Shown: piece by piece, positions 46,440 through 56,294 of the stretch
Position numbering within the stretch: position 1 is the first letter of the stretch
How the letters are laid out: every line of letters starts with the position of its first letter
Origin: an uncultured Verrucomicrobiae bacterium
GTDB lineage: Bacteria > Verrucomicrobiota > Verrucomicrobiia > Chthoniobacterales > JAFAMB01
Direction: 5' to 3'
Length of the DNA stretch: 64,000 bases
Assembly: GCA_963808535.1 (NCBI GenBank)
Contig: CAWEGF010000025.1
Span: 213,660 to 277,659 of the forward strand
Notes under the pieces: generated by a model
What the model was told of the DNA's origin: nothing
The model's input: only the letters and a program-made list of their open reading frames with translations
Databases searched by the model: none
Translations under genes and position numbers: made by a program

Positions 46440-47290
46440 GGGGCTAGCAGGAGGTCGTGCGACGCGGCCCCAGGATTCTGCTGCCCTTCAGGACAGACAG
46501 GTTTTTTGGGTAAACCCAGGCTAAAGCCGGGCTAAAGCCTGGGCTATGCTTTCTTGGCCTTTCAGGCCCGCGGAAGTTCTCACTTAGCCGCGCTAGTTTA
46601 TTTTTGGCTAAATGCCATAGTATATCGGGCGTAACGGCGCACCCCGCGTGATCCGTCCTGAAGGGGCGGCAAACCCATTTCCGTAATCACGCAATCACAA
46701 AAGACGGCGTCAGGGGGAACGTCCGCGGCCTGAAAGGCCATGAAAGCATAGCCCAGGCTTTAGCCTGAGTTTTATTTTCTAACGAAATCGCCCTGAAGGG
46801 GCGGCAGAGACCCATTTCGCGACTACGCAATCACAAAAGACGGCGCCAGGGGGAATTTCCGCGGCCTGAAGGGCCATGAAAGCATAGCCCAGGCTTTAGC
46901 CTGGGTCTTATTTTTCTAACGAATCCGTCCTGAAGGGACGGCAGAAAATCACGCCACGCGATGGCCGGTAACTCTGCTGCCCCTTCAGGGCAGGAGCGAT
47001 AAAACGGGTTTCCCAGGCTAAAGCCTGGCCTATGCTCTCTTGGCCTTTCAGGCCGTAGGACGGTCGACGCGCGGATCCGCCATCCCGCATATACATCATG
47101 GCGTTTAGTCAAAAATAACTAGCAGCGCCGAATGAAACTTCCGCGGCCTGAAGGGCCATGAAAGCATAGCCCAGGCTCTAGCCTGGCTCTAGCCAGGCTC
47201 TAGCCTGGGTTTTATATTCTAACGAAACCGCCCTGAAGGGGCGGCAGAAACCGTGTTCCGCGACTACGCAACCCATAAAAAGGCCGCGGA
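46440..47290. repeat. array of REP-like hairpin modules, including three direct copies of a ~135-bp unit plus inverted partial copies
   Basis: Units begin CG(T/C)CCTGAAGGG(G/A)CGGCA at 46654, 46789 and 46926 (periods 135 and 137 bp). Each contains GGCCTGAA(A/G)GGCC and CCCAGGCTTTAGCCTGGG hairpins. Inverted versions lie at about 46520-46580 and 46990-47060, and a further copy at 47127-47290. Confidence 0.8.
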
Positions 47291-47309
47291 CACGACACCG
47301 AACAGATGA

Positions 47310-47718
47310 CTATTTTGTCGGAACCACGGTCAGATGTTTGATATTCCCCGATTTCGAAACCTCAGCGGTAAAGGTGAATTCTTCTTGGTCATCGTTAATG
47401 CTCACCGAAGATTCACCTTTAATTTCCACTTCATCCTCGGTGGTCCAGCTAGCACTGGTGAAAGTTGGCAGCACAATTTTACCTATCTTGTTCAAAGAGG
47501 CATTGAAAGCTTCCGCAATCTTGGGTTTAAAAATGGAGTCCAGATCCTCGTAAAAAAGGCGATGCACTCGCTTCCCGGACTTCAACTCCATCAGGTCGCG
47601 TTTTCCGGATTTGTCCACCACCAGGGCACACGATTTATCGGGCGAAACGAACTTCATCGTATCGGCGGCAAAGGTGGAACCAACGGTCAAAAGGAGCGCA
47701 AGAAAGAGGAGTTTTCAT
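47310..47718 (-). CDS. small secreted hypothetical protein; the start codon is separated from the body by an apparent +1 frameshift in the run at 47712-47715
   Basis: The minus strand reads atgaaaactcctctttcttgcgctccttttgacc. With one A fewer it reads MKLLFLALLLTVGSTFA/ADTMKFVSPDK, a canonical signal peptide joined to the 126-aa track ORF. Confidence 0.6.
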
Positions 47719-47926
47719 GTGTTAAGGCCAGAGTGCTTTTGATCAGGAATGATCGGCGCTGGCAAGATGAAAAGTGCTTGGCCAGGGAGGAAGATCACAC
47801 AGAAAATCGCCAAGTAGGCCAAGGATGGGATCCGGGCGGATGGCGCGCCAACGGCCCCGACAAAAAAATCGTTCACGGGATGCGTGACGCCATCATGGTT
47901 CCCACGGCCGTAGACCTCCCGGGGTG

Positions 47927-48086
47927 AGGAGGGCGCAGAGGGGGGAAGGAGGACACAGAGAAGAATAATTTTACCACAGAGAACACAGAGTTTCGGAATC
48001 GGATTGGATTTTTGAATTTTTCCGAAACTCCGTGCCCTCTGTGTCTTGGTGGTAAATTAATTTTTCTCCGTGTCCTCCCTTCCCCC
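47927..48086. repeat. complete inverted-repeat copy of the CCACAGAGACACAGAG element family
   Basis: gaggagggcgcagaggggggaaggaggacacagagaagaataattttaccacagagaacacagagtttcggaa is mirrored by ttccgaaactccgtgccctctgtgtcttggtggtaaattaatttttctccgtgtcctcccttccccc. Confidence 0.85.
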
Positions 48087-48226
48087 GATCACACTTAACC
48101 TCGCGCTTTTGGCCTTCTGGGCAGATTTCCTTTGGACCGCCGTGCGTGAATCCAGGTCGGGGGCCCAAAACGAACTATTCGTGCGTAGGGAAATTCATTT
48201 TTCAGCAGCGCTAACCCCACAGATAT

Positions 48227-48508
48227 ATGAAAAGAGCCGAAGCAAAAATCCTGGAGAACCGGAAGGAAATCCCGGCCTCGGAACCTGACCAAAATCCTGA
48301 TACCTGGCTTCTGGAAGCTCAACTCAAGGAAGACATTCTGGACTGGGAAAATGTCCGACTCGACTTTCACTCTTCGGAAATCATGGCCGAAATAGTTGAA
48401 AGCAGCTTGGCAGAGCCAGATCGTTTCACGATTCGTACCCATGGCCAGTCACCATTGAAAAAGGGTGATGTTATCCATGTGGATGTCCGCCCGCAGGACG
48501 ATAACTGA
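48227..48508 (+). CDS. hypothetical small acidic protein
   Basis: 93-aa ORF. The competing antisense 115-aa ORF is less coding-like. No family is recognised. Confidence 0.4.
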   Translation: MKRAEAKILENRKEIPASEPDQNPDTWLLEAQLKEDILDWENVRLDFHSSEIMAEIVESSLAEPDRFTIRTHGQSPLKKGDVIHVDVRPQDDN

Positions 48509-48629
48509 AAAATCAGCTCGGCGCGCTCAGCCTGACATACGGAAACCACTCGCGGTTTCGCAGGCCTTTATTTCACCTCAGAGCGATCAACCGTGAGCGT
48601 CCGAATTCGATTTCTGCTATCGTTGCTGT

Positions 48630-48827
48630 ATGGAACCGACAGAAGAACAACTCACCGCACTTGGTAACTATCGAGATATCATCATCCAACAAGCATCCAA
48701 AGTGGCCGAGGCGATAGGCGTTTCGCAGCAAACCCTTGCCGGGTGGATGGAAGGCCAGGGCGAACCCACCACCGAGCAGGCCGCCGCGATCCTGGATTTC
48801 TTAAAGCAGAGCACGCACAAAGGCTAA
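48630..48827 (+). CDS. small putative helix-turn-helix protein
   Basis: 65 aa. VAEAIGVSQQTLAGWMEGQGEPTTEQAAAILDFL resembles an XRE/Cro-like HTH. The call is weak. Confidence 0.4.
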   Translation: MEPTEEQLTALGNYRDIIIQQASKVAEAIGVSQQTLAGWMEGQGEPTTEQAAAILDFLKQSTHKG

Positions 48828-48855
48828 GAGCGAGTCTTGGTCTCCGCGTTCTGTG

Positions 48856-49176
48856 CTAGGCGTTTCTCAGCGAGCGAACAGTTCGGGTCAAGATTTCCTC
48901 GATCCGCCTAGTCGGCAAATTGAAGCAGGCCGCAATCCCGGAGACCGGAAGTCTCTCGTGATAATGCATCGCTAGAATTTTCTTGGCGGCCAATGGCAGC
49001 TGGGTGATGCGCTGAAAGAGGAGCGTTAACTCTTCTGGATCTTCCAGCGTGGCTGATTCACCCGACCGGCATCCATTCGGGAAAATATCGTGGAAAGAGT
49101 GACCATTTCTGTTCGCATGGTTATCAGCTAATATTGCACTGGCGTACGAGCCGGATATCTCATCTTGCTTTTTCAC
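48856..49176 (-). CDS. sigma-70 region-4-only protein (stand-alone HTH)
   Basis: 106 aa. There is a GTG start preceded by GAGGAGG at good spacing. The C-terminus LPLAAKKILAMHYHERLPVSGIAACFNLPTRRIEEILTRTVRSLRNA is a sigma region 4 type HTH. No region 2 is encoded upstream in any frame. Confidence 0.6.
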   Translation of the reverse strand: MKKQDEISGSYASAILADNHANRNGHSFHDIFPNGCRSGESATLEDPEELTLLFQRITQLPLAAKKILAMHYHERLPVSGIAACFNLPTRRIEEILTRTVRSLRNA

Positions 49177-49350
49177 GTGGCCTCCTCGTTTTCTCCTCTG
49201 CCAAAACCGTGCCTCGGTCTACAGGGACCAAGAACCACAATTTAGGTCAGGATCGGACGATAAGAGGACCAGGGAGCTGGAACAATGCGCCTTTCGGGTA
49301 CCCATTTCACCGGTGACCAAGCAAAATCTTCTCTCGGCCGTCAGCCCCTG

Positions 49351-49773
49351 TCAGGCGATCGCCTCCGCCAATTCTTCCTTCATCTGATGCAAGATTGAGC
49401 ATTGGTCGACGATTAGCCGAACTTCCACCTGCACACCATATTCCAAAGCAGGGCACTCTTTGGCAATTTCTAGCGCTTCTTCCAGACTTTTCAGCTGGAG
49501 CAAGAAGTATCCGCCGATGGCCTCTTTCGATTCCGCCAAGGGACCGTCTACCACCGTGGTTCCCTTCTTCGAGGAAACGATTTTGCCAACATGCCGATCC
49601 AGGGGCTGAGCGCCTTTGAGTTTTCCTTGTTCAGTCAAGCGGTCCATCCACGCGCCCCATCGGTTCATTATCTCCCGAATTTGCTCCGGGGAGAGGCCCT
49701 CATCCCAAGTGGTGCCTCGAAACAACAGCAGGTATTCGGATGTGGTGGGGTGGGTGCTCATATGGTCTTTCAT
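49351..49773 (-). CDS. YciI-like (YCII/DGPF domain) protein
   Basis: 140 aa. YLLLFRG, the GKLKGAQPL region and GGYFLLQLKSLEEALEIAKECP match the YCII-related domain pattern. Confidence 0.75.
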   Translation of the reverse strand: MKDHMSTHPTTSEYLLLFRGTTWDEGLSPEQIREIMNRWGAWMDRLTEQGKLKGAQPLDRHVGKIVSSKKGTTVVDGPLAESKEAIGGYFLLQLKSLEEALEIAKECPALEYGVQVEVRLIVDQCSILHQMKEELAEAIA

Positions 49774-50068
49774 TTCCAGTTTGAAGATCTCTTTAGGTTC
49801 AGGGATACGACGAATGAACCGGCGCTAGCGGGACAATCCGGCACGTTTTTTTGGATGATCGAAATATCTTCTCATCGAAGACTCTGCTCTTCCCACATTA
49901 GAGGAAAGAGCGAAAGCCAAGCGCATTTGGTCTCTTGAATAGACTTTTCAATTGGATGGAAAGAATGTCAAAAGAAGTGGCAGGGAAAGAGCGCTCTGTC
50001 GAAGTTTTGCCACGGCAGACGTGTATTTTCAGGCCATACGCTCTCCCTGAGCTATTGGATTAAAACCT

Positions 50069-53000
50069 ATGTCCGCAGAAAGGCTTCGTGATGCCCTTCA
50101 ACAGTCGTTGATCCGGCTTTCTAACCGGCTTGGCGAACTCAGCGCCTGGCGTGATCGGGAGACCCTTTACTTTTCTCAGGGCGAGATCCGGATCAGCCCG
50201 AACGTCCCGTGGACCCCAGTAAAGACGGGTGACTTTTGGCCGGCTCAAACCGAGGCGATGGAAATCCGGTTTGCCGCCTCAGTGCCCAGGAACTGGGCCG
50301 GACTTCCAGTCCATAGTCGCTTCCACTTGGGCGGAGAAGCGTTGCTCTTCGTCGACGATCAAGCGATTGGCGGCCTGAATTCCCTTCAGGACGAACATTT
50401 AGTTCTGGTCAAAGCCCAAGGAGAGGAGACGCTACATTTTCGCGCGGAAGTCGTTCCTCACGGATTGTTTGGTACGCCAACCCGGCGACCTCAAGTTGAA
50501 TTGGCGTGTATGCTGGTCCCGGATGCCGATCTTCGCCCTCTCTATGAAGATCTCGCCACAGCCTTGGAAGCGGCCCGATATCACCTGTCATCTGGCCGCC
50601 GGTCCATTGCCGAGCACCTGGTGGGGGCGTTGCACCGTGCGCTAAGCAGAATCTTGATGCCTCGAGACGACACTCCCGAGTATCTGGCAAGAATCGCGGC
50701 AGTCTCCCAGGGTCGTGCTCTCGAGAATTTCTATGGAAATCAAGAGAGCTTGGCATCGCTTTGGGAAAACTGGGAGTTTCGCGTCGCCGATCGGTTCTTT
50801 GGCCTCCGAGCAGCGCGAGCGTTTGCAAGAAGTCAGAGGATTATTTGGTCGTGAGCTCGAAACAATCCGGAGCAATTACCCGGCCGAAGGCGGTGTCTGG
50901 CTAACTGGTCACGCTCACATCGACTTGGCTTGGCTTTGGCCCTTGGAGGAGACACGGAAAAAGGCTCAAAGAACTTTTCAAAACGTGCTCAGTCTAATGG
51001 CAAGGTATCCCGAGCTGCGCTTCAATCAGTCCAGCGCACAACTTTATGCCTGGATTGAAGAAAGCGATCCCCTCCTTTTCGATAAAGTCCGCGCCCGCGT
51101 CCAGGACGGCTCTTGGGAAATTGTCGGAGGAATGTGGGTCGAACCGGACGGGAATCTCCCAGCCGGCGAATCTTGGGTTCGGCAACTTCTTTTTGGTCAA
51201 AGATTTTTCGAAAGTCGATTTGGCCGGCGCGCCAAGGTAGCGTGGCTCCCAGACTCGTTCGGGTTCGCCGGAAACTTGCCTCAACTTTTCGCCTCTGCGG
51301 GGATACCCTTTTTTTTCACGCATAAGTTGACCTGGAACGAACGAAATCCGTTTCCTTACGACCTTTACCTTTGGGAAGGAATCGATGGGAGTCGCATTTT
51401 GGCTCATAGCTTCACTAATCCGGAAAACGGCTACAATTCACGACTAACAGCTCACGAGGTTGCCGAGACGTGGCACAACTTTCGCGGCCACCAGGCCCAT
51501 GGCTCTACGTTGCTGGCCTTCGGCTACGGCGATGGCGGTGGCGGTCCCAGCAGTGACATGCTCGAACGCTTCGCCCGCTTGCAAAATTTTCCGGGGCTGC
51601 CGGCGTTACGGATGGGTGGCGTGGCCGAGTTTTTCGAGAGGGTTTCGCCGGAATCTTTGCCGGTTTGGGTGGGTGAACAGTATCTGGAGTACCATCGCGC
51701 CACCTACACCACGCAAAGCCGGATGAAATCTCTGCACCGGCAATTAGAACAGGCTTTGGTCGAGACAGAAGTCGCCGCTTCTTTAGCCTTCGTCCGGCTA
51801 CAGCAGCCTTACCCAAAGGAGAAGTTTGACCGACTCTGGCAAATACTGCTTCTCAATCAATTTCACGATATTCTGCCGGGATCGAGCATTCATTCCGTTT
51901 ATGACAGCGCACATCTTCAGCTGACGGCGGCGTTGCAAGAAGTTACTCAGCTTCGTACCGACGCTCTGGCAGGTGCCCATCCTGACAAAAATCCTAAAAA
52001 CCTCGATACCTTGGAAGGGTTAGTCTGGAACCTGAATTTTGACGACCGACCCCTGGTTCTCGAAATCGAGGCCGGCCAGAAATTAACTATCCGAGGGCTA
52101 ACCTCCAATGGACGCCCCATCCCAATTCAGCGGCTGGAACAAAATCGTATCCTCATGGTCGCCGACGATATCATGGTACCGGCTTTGGGAGCCGTTGCGC
52201 TAAGCACGACGGAAGGGGTGGCCGAGGCTGAATTTTCACCCGTTCGGGCCAGCCCAAGTCAAATGGAGAATGAATACCTCCGGGTAGAATTGGGAGAGAA
52301 CGGTACCTTAACCTCGATTTACGACCAGGAATGCGGCAGGGAAGTCTTGGCCGGCCGCGGTAATCAGCTTTGGTTATTCACCGATATACCCCGCCAATTT
52401 GATGCCTGGGACATCGATGCTTCGTATACGGAAGAGGGCATGGAGATATTTGCTGACCATCCGGCTGAATTGGTCGAGCAGGGACCGTTGCGCGCCGCCT
52501 TGCGAGTCACTCGCCGGCACCAAAACATCGAAATAATCCAGACCTATCGGCTCCGACGTGACTCCAGAGTTCTGGAAATTCATAACAGAATTCATTGGTG
52601 TGGGCGCAGAAGGCTCCTTCGTGCCCTTTTCCCACTAGCGATTCGGACGCACGAGATGTGGGCAGAAACGGCTTTCGGGGCCGTTGCGCGTTCCAACCAT
52701 CGAAACACCCCGGGGGATCTAGCAAAATTCGAGGTGCCAGCTCACCGCTGGGTTGACCTCAGCGAACCAAGTTACGGGGTCAGTCTGCTGAACACCGGCA
52801 AATATGGTCATAGCGCAGATGGCCATGTTTTGGGCCTCAGTCTCCTCCGTGCCCCAATCTATCCAGATCCATTTGCGGACGAAGGCGATCACGAATTCAC
52901 TTATGCCATCTATCCCCATCGGGGCAATTGGAGGAATGGCACGGTTCGCGCAGCCCGGGAACTGCACAGTCCCCTGAGATACACCCCTGGGTTTTCCGAC

Positions 53001-53282
53001 CGTCCCGGCTTCTATTCCTCTCTTTTCCGACTCCGTGGAGATCCTCTTGAGTTGGCCTGTTTAAAACGCGCCGAAGATTCCGGCGATCTGCTTCTTCGAG
53101 TCTACGAACCCCATGGCGACCGGGGTCACACCATTCTTGAATCCGCGCTACCCATCGAGCGGGCGACCCTCATCAATATCCTCGAGGAACCCCTCGCCGA
53201 GCTGCCAATCAAAGATGCCCAGCGCGTGAAAATATCATTCACTCCTTTTCAGGTAATCTCACTCCGCCTCGCTTTGCGTTGA
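50069..53282 (+). CDS. GH38 alpha-mannosidase, split by an apparent +1 frameshift somewhere in 50658-50854
   Basis: The 261-aa N-terminal ORF and the 855-aa ORF overlap in adjacent frames. The second carries GHAHIDLAWLWP, WEIVGGMWVEPD and AWLPDSFGF (the GH38 catalytic N-domain). The first supplies the usual ~250-aa N-terminal extension. Confidence 0.85.
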
Positions 53283-53357
53283 GGAGAACGCAGAGGGATG
53301 AGGGAGAACACGGAGGGAATTATTTACCACAGAGACACAGAGAGCACGGAGTTGAAA
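53281..53357. repeat. half copy of the CCACAGAGACACAGAG element family
   Basis: The sequence is gaggagaacgcagagggatgagggagaacacggagggaattatttaccacagagacacagagagcacggagtt. It abuts the GH38 stop codon. Confidence 0.8.
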
Positions 53358-53465
53358 ACGGAAATTACAGACAGGATGTTAGACCTTCAGGCTAAAAGCC
53401 ATGATTGAGTGGTTCAACGAAGGAGGAGGGTTAACTCTATCTTCAATGGACCGCTAGAGATCCGC

Positions 53466-53680
53466 GCCCCGAAGGGGCTAGAGAACCTAGCCCAGGGTTT
53501 ACCCTGGGAAAAACCCCAAACACGAATGCGCCCTGAAAGTGGCGCTAGAATGTAGCCAGGTCAAAGAACGTTTTTCCCGGTGCCCAGGGCGCTCCGGTTC
53601 TGCGCCCTTTCAGCGCGCGCGGCAATAAATAATATACCCAGGGTAAACCCTGGGCTACGTTTTCATGCCCCTGCGGGGAG
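53466..53680. repeat. REP-like inverted repeat, same module family as 27466-27985
   Basis: gccccgaaggggc..cccagggtttaccctggg..gcgccctgaaagtggcgc is mirrored by gcgccctttcagcgcgc..cccagggtaaaccctggg..gcccctgcgggg. Confidence 0.8.
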
Positions 53681-53813
53681 CGGATGGCTGCCCCCTCCCT
53701 GAGCGCGCTATTTCGCCTACTATCCACTCGCCGACCGGTTCGCGATAAGTGGTGATGGGCGATTCTGGCCCTTGAAAAGACCGAGCCAGAAAAGCCCAAC
53801 CACTAACTGATCT

Positions 53814-54791
53814 CTAATATTGTCTTTTTGGTAGTTCTGCGGCCGCCTGGGCTTGCTCGTAGACCCCTTCTTTGCTAACTACCCGCTTGGGAATTTCCTC
53901 TTTATTGGCCACCTTTTCAATCAGGTCAAAGAGCTGCGGTCCCAAGAGCGGATTGCATTCGACGGTGACGTTTAGCTTGCCATCTTTCATCGCTTCAAAG
54001 GCGCCGCGAACTCCGTCGATGGAGACAATCTTGATATCCTGGCCGGGCTTTATCCCAGCTTCTTCCATGGCTTGGATGGCTCCCAAGGCCATGTCGTCAT
54101 TATGGGCAAAAAGCACATTAATCTCTTTGGCATTCGGCGCCTTCAAAAACGCTTCCATCACTTCTTTACCTTTCGCCCGGGTGAAGTCGCCACTTTGGGA
54201 CATGATGATTTTCATGCCCGGATTCTTGGCCAAAACTTCCTCGAAACCCTTTTTCCGATCGATGGCCGGGGCAGATCCCACGGTCCCCACCAACTCGGCA
54301 ATATTGGCTTTACCTCCGGTTAGTTTCGCGACGGCATCGCCAGCCCGTCGGCCTTCTTCGACAAAGTCGGAACCCAGAAAGGTTACGTAGAGGCTGGGAT
54401 CGGAGACTTTGACCGCGCGATCAGAAAGGACCACCGGAATGCCGGCCTTTTTCGCTTCTTGTAAGACCGGCTCAAAACCGGTTTCCACGACGGGCGAAAA
54501 GGCAATCACATCCACTCCCTCCGCAATAAAAGACCGGATGGCTTTGATTTGATTTTCCTCCTTTTGCTGGGCATCGGAAAAACGAAGATCGATTCCGCGC
54601 TTTTGGGCTTCGGACTTGATGGAGTCGGTATTGGCGGTGCGCCAGCCACTTTCCGCGCCGACCTGGGAAAAACCGACGACTAACTTTTTCTTAGCGGCAT
54701 CCGCCGCGAGAGCTTGAGCTTGGGTGAAGACCAGGAGCGCTGGAAAGGCCAGCAGGGCCAGGTTGGTTCGAGAGAAGGGGGCTATTTTCAT
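53814..54791 (-). CDS. sugar ABC transporter binding protein (YtfQ/galactofuranose-binding-like), orphan
   Basis: 325 aa with a signal peptide. VVGFSQVGAESGWRTANTDSIK and NVLFAHNDDMALGAIQAMEEAG are typical of the YtfQ-like PBP-I group. No permease or ATPase is adjacent. Confidence 0.8.
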   Translation of the reverse strand: MKIAPFSRTNLALLAFPALLVFTQAQALAADAAKKKLVVGFSQVGAESGWRTANTDSIKSEAQKRGIDLRFSDAQQKEENQIKAIRSFIAEGVDVIAFSPVVETGFEPVLQEAKKAGIPVVLSDRAVKVSDPSLYVTFLGSDFVEEGRRAGDAVAKLTGGKANIAELVGTVGSAPAIDRKKGFEEVLAKNPGMKIIMSQSGDFTRAKGKEVMEAFLKAPNAKEINVLFAHNDDMALGAIQAMEEAGIKPGQDIKIVSIDGVRGAFEAMKDGKLNVTVECNPLLGPQLFDLIEKVANKEEIPKRVVSKEGVYEQAQAAAELPKRQY

Positions 54792-54870
54792 ATTTCTGGG
54801 GAGTTGCAGGTTGTAGTCCCCGCTGGGAGCGTCTCTGATTCACTAGCAATCGGATCAGCGAGCGGAAACC

Positions 54871-54882
54871 GTGATCGGTCAC
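54871..54882. promoter_or_regulatory. second, imperfect copy of the candidate LacI-family operator (GTGATCGGTCAC)
   Basis: Differs from the perfect palindrome core GTGACCGGTCAC at one position. It lies in the same divergent intergenic region. Confidence 0.35.
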
Positions 54883-54925
54883 GAAAAAGGCCCAGCTTCC
54901 GCCGGGGGCAAAGTTGGCCCTTTCT

Positions 54926-54941
54926 TTGTGACCGGTCACAA
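54926..54941. promoter_or_regulatory. candidate LacI-family operator, a perfect 16-bp palindrome TTGTGACCGGTCACAA
   Basis: It reads identically on both strands and has the central CG typical of LacI/GalR operators. It lies between the divergent binding-protein gene and the LacI-family gene. Confidence 0.5.
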
Positions 54942-55036
54942 TGTTTAGGGCCCTCCCCAGCCGTTGGCAAGAAAAAAGTGCGTTTCTCGCCGAATGCGAC
55001 TTTACTTTCCTAACTGAAGGTCTATTCACCTTGGCG

Positions 55037-56080
55037 ATGCGGCTGCCCCCGAAAAAAAAGAACCTGACCATCCATGACGTCGCAGCGCTGACCGGCGTTT
55101 CTTATCAAACCGTCTCCCGGGTTATTAACCGGATGCCCGGCGTCGCCGCCGATACTCGAGCCCGGATTCAGCAGGTCCTCGCCGAAGTAGGTTTCCGACC
55201 CAACATGTCCGCCCGGCAACTGGCCGGCAAACGTTCCACCACCGTCGGACTCGTCACCTTTGCCACTAGCTTCTATGGTCCTTCCCAGATCATGGTGCAT
55301 AGCGAGCAGGCTTCCAAAGAACTCGGGTTGAGTTTTATGTTCAGCGGCATTGTCGAACAGAGCCCGCAAGATATCCGCCGAGCGGTGGACGAACTTTGCG
55401 CTCACCAGGTGGGTGGCATCCTTATTCATCTACCTTGGGAAGTGGACCTCCGCGATCTGCAAGACGTCTGCCGAAATGTGCCCCTGGTCGCGGTCGATTC
55501 CGATTTCGGCTTTGCTTGTCCTTCCGTCTTCATCAATCAGGAACTCGGTGCCCGACAAGCCACTCGCCATTTGCTTCAGCTCGGTCACCAGAAAATCGCT
55601 CACTTGCGCGGACCAATTCCCTGGCGGGCAGCCAGGCTTCGCTATGTCGGTTGGCAAAAAGAGCTGAAGGCGGCTCATCTTTCTCCCGGCCCGATCGTCA
55701 ATGGCGATTGGACCGCTGAGTCCGGCTTCGAGGCCGCCCAAAGGCTAATCGCCGACCATTGGGGAAAGTTCACGGCCGTCGTCGTCGCGAATGATCAAAT
55801 GGCTCTTGGAGCCATGCGAGCCTTTGAGCAAAACTCCATCCGAATTCCACAAAAGATCTCCTTGGTCGGCTTCGATGACATTCCCGAGGCCGGCTTTTTT
55901 AGTCCCCCACTTTCGACCATCAAACAGGATTTTGCCGCCCTCGGCCGGCTGAGTATCCAATGCCTGACGGCCTTGGTTGACCCGAACCGGGCCGCCTTAC
56001 CGACTCGCACGATTCAACCGCTTTTTATCGAACGGGAAAGTACGGCTCGGATGACCGGACTTTCCAAAAGGCTTAGGTAG
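55037..56080 (+). CDS. LacI-family transcriptional regulator
   Basis: I prefer the start MRLPPKKKNLTIHDVAALTGVSYQTVSRVINRMPGV (N-terminal HTH). The rest is a periplasmic-binding-protein-like effector domain. Confidence 0.85.
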   Translation: MRLPPKKKNLTIHDVAALTGVSYQTVSRVINRMPGVAADTRARIQQVLAEVGFRPNMSARQLAGKRSTTVGLVTFATSFYGPSQIMVHSEQASKELGLSFMFSGIVEQSPQDIRRAVDELCAHQVGGILIHLPWEVDLRDLQDVCRNVPLVAVDSDFGFACPSVFINQELGARQATRHLLQLGHQKIAHLRGPIPWRAARLRYVGWQKELKAAHLSPGPIVNGDWTAESGFEAAQRLIADHWGKFTAVVVANDQMALGAMRAFEQNSIRIPQKISLVGFDDIPEAGFFSPPLSTIKQDFAALGRLSIQCLTALVDPNRAALPTRTIQPLFIERESTARMTGLSKRLR

Positions 56081-56294
56081 GAGTACTCGATCGGCTCTCT
56101 GAAATAATCCGCGGGATCCTTCCGGAGCGCCCAGGCAGAGAGAATGCGCAGTTCAAAAAATTGGGCTGGCCTGGCGGGCCTTAATTACCGCCTTCGGGCT
56201 GTTTAATTTAAGTCCGAAATCCGTTTTCTATAGGTCTCGATGGTAGTTTACTTCTTCCTGTATGCTCCCTCCTTTTAACGGCTCAGATTTCTAA

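Noticed and set aside
45715-46524. 269-aa alternative-frame ORF
   Set aside because: It overlaps the RbsC-like permease in another frame. Its Gly/Arg/Trp-rich composition is not protein-like, and it runs into the repeat array.
46440-47290. Possible CRISPR array, suggested by the periodic ~135-bp repetition
   Set aside because: The repeat units are long (~135 bp) and contiguous, with no unique spacers. They consist of palindromic modules that also occur inverted. No cas genes are in the window.
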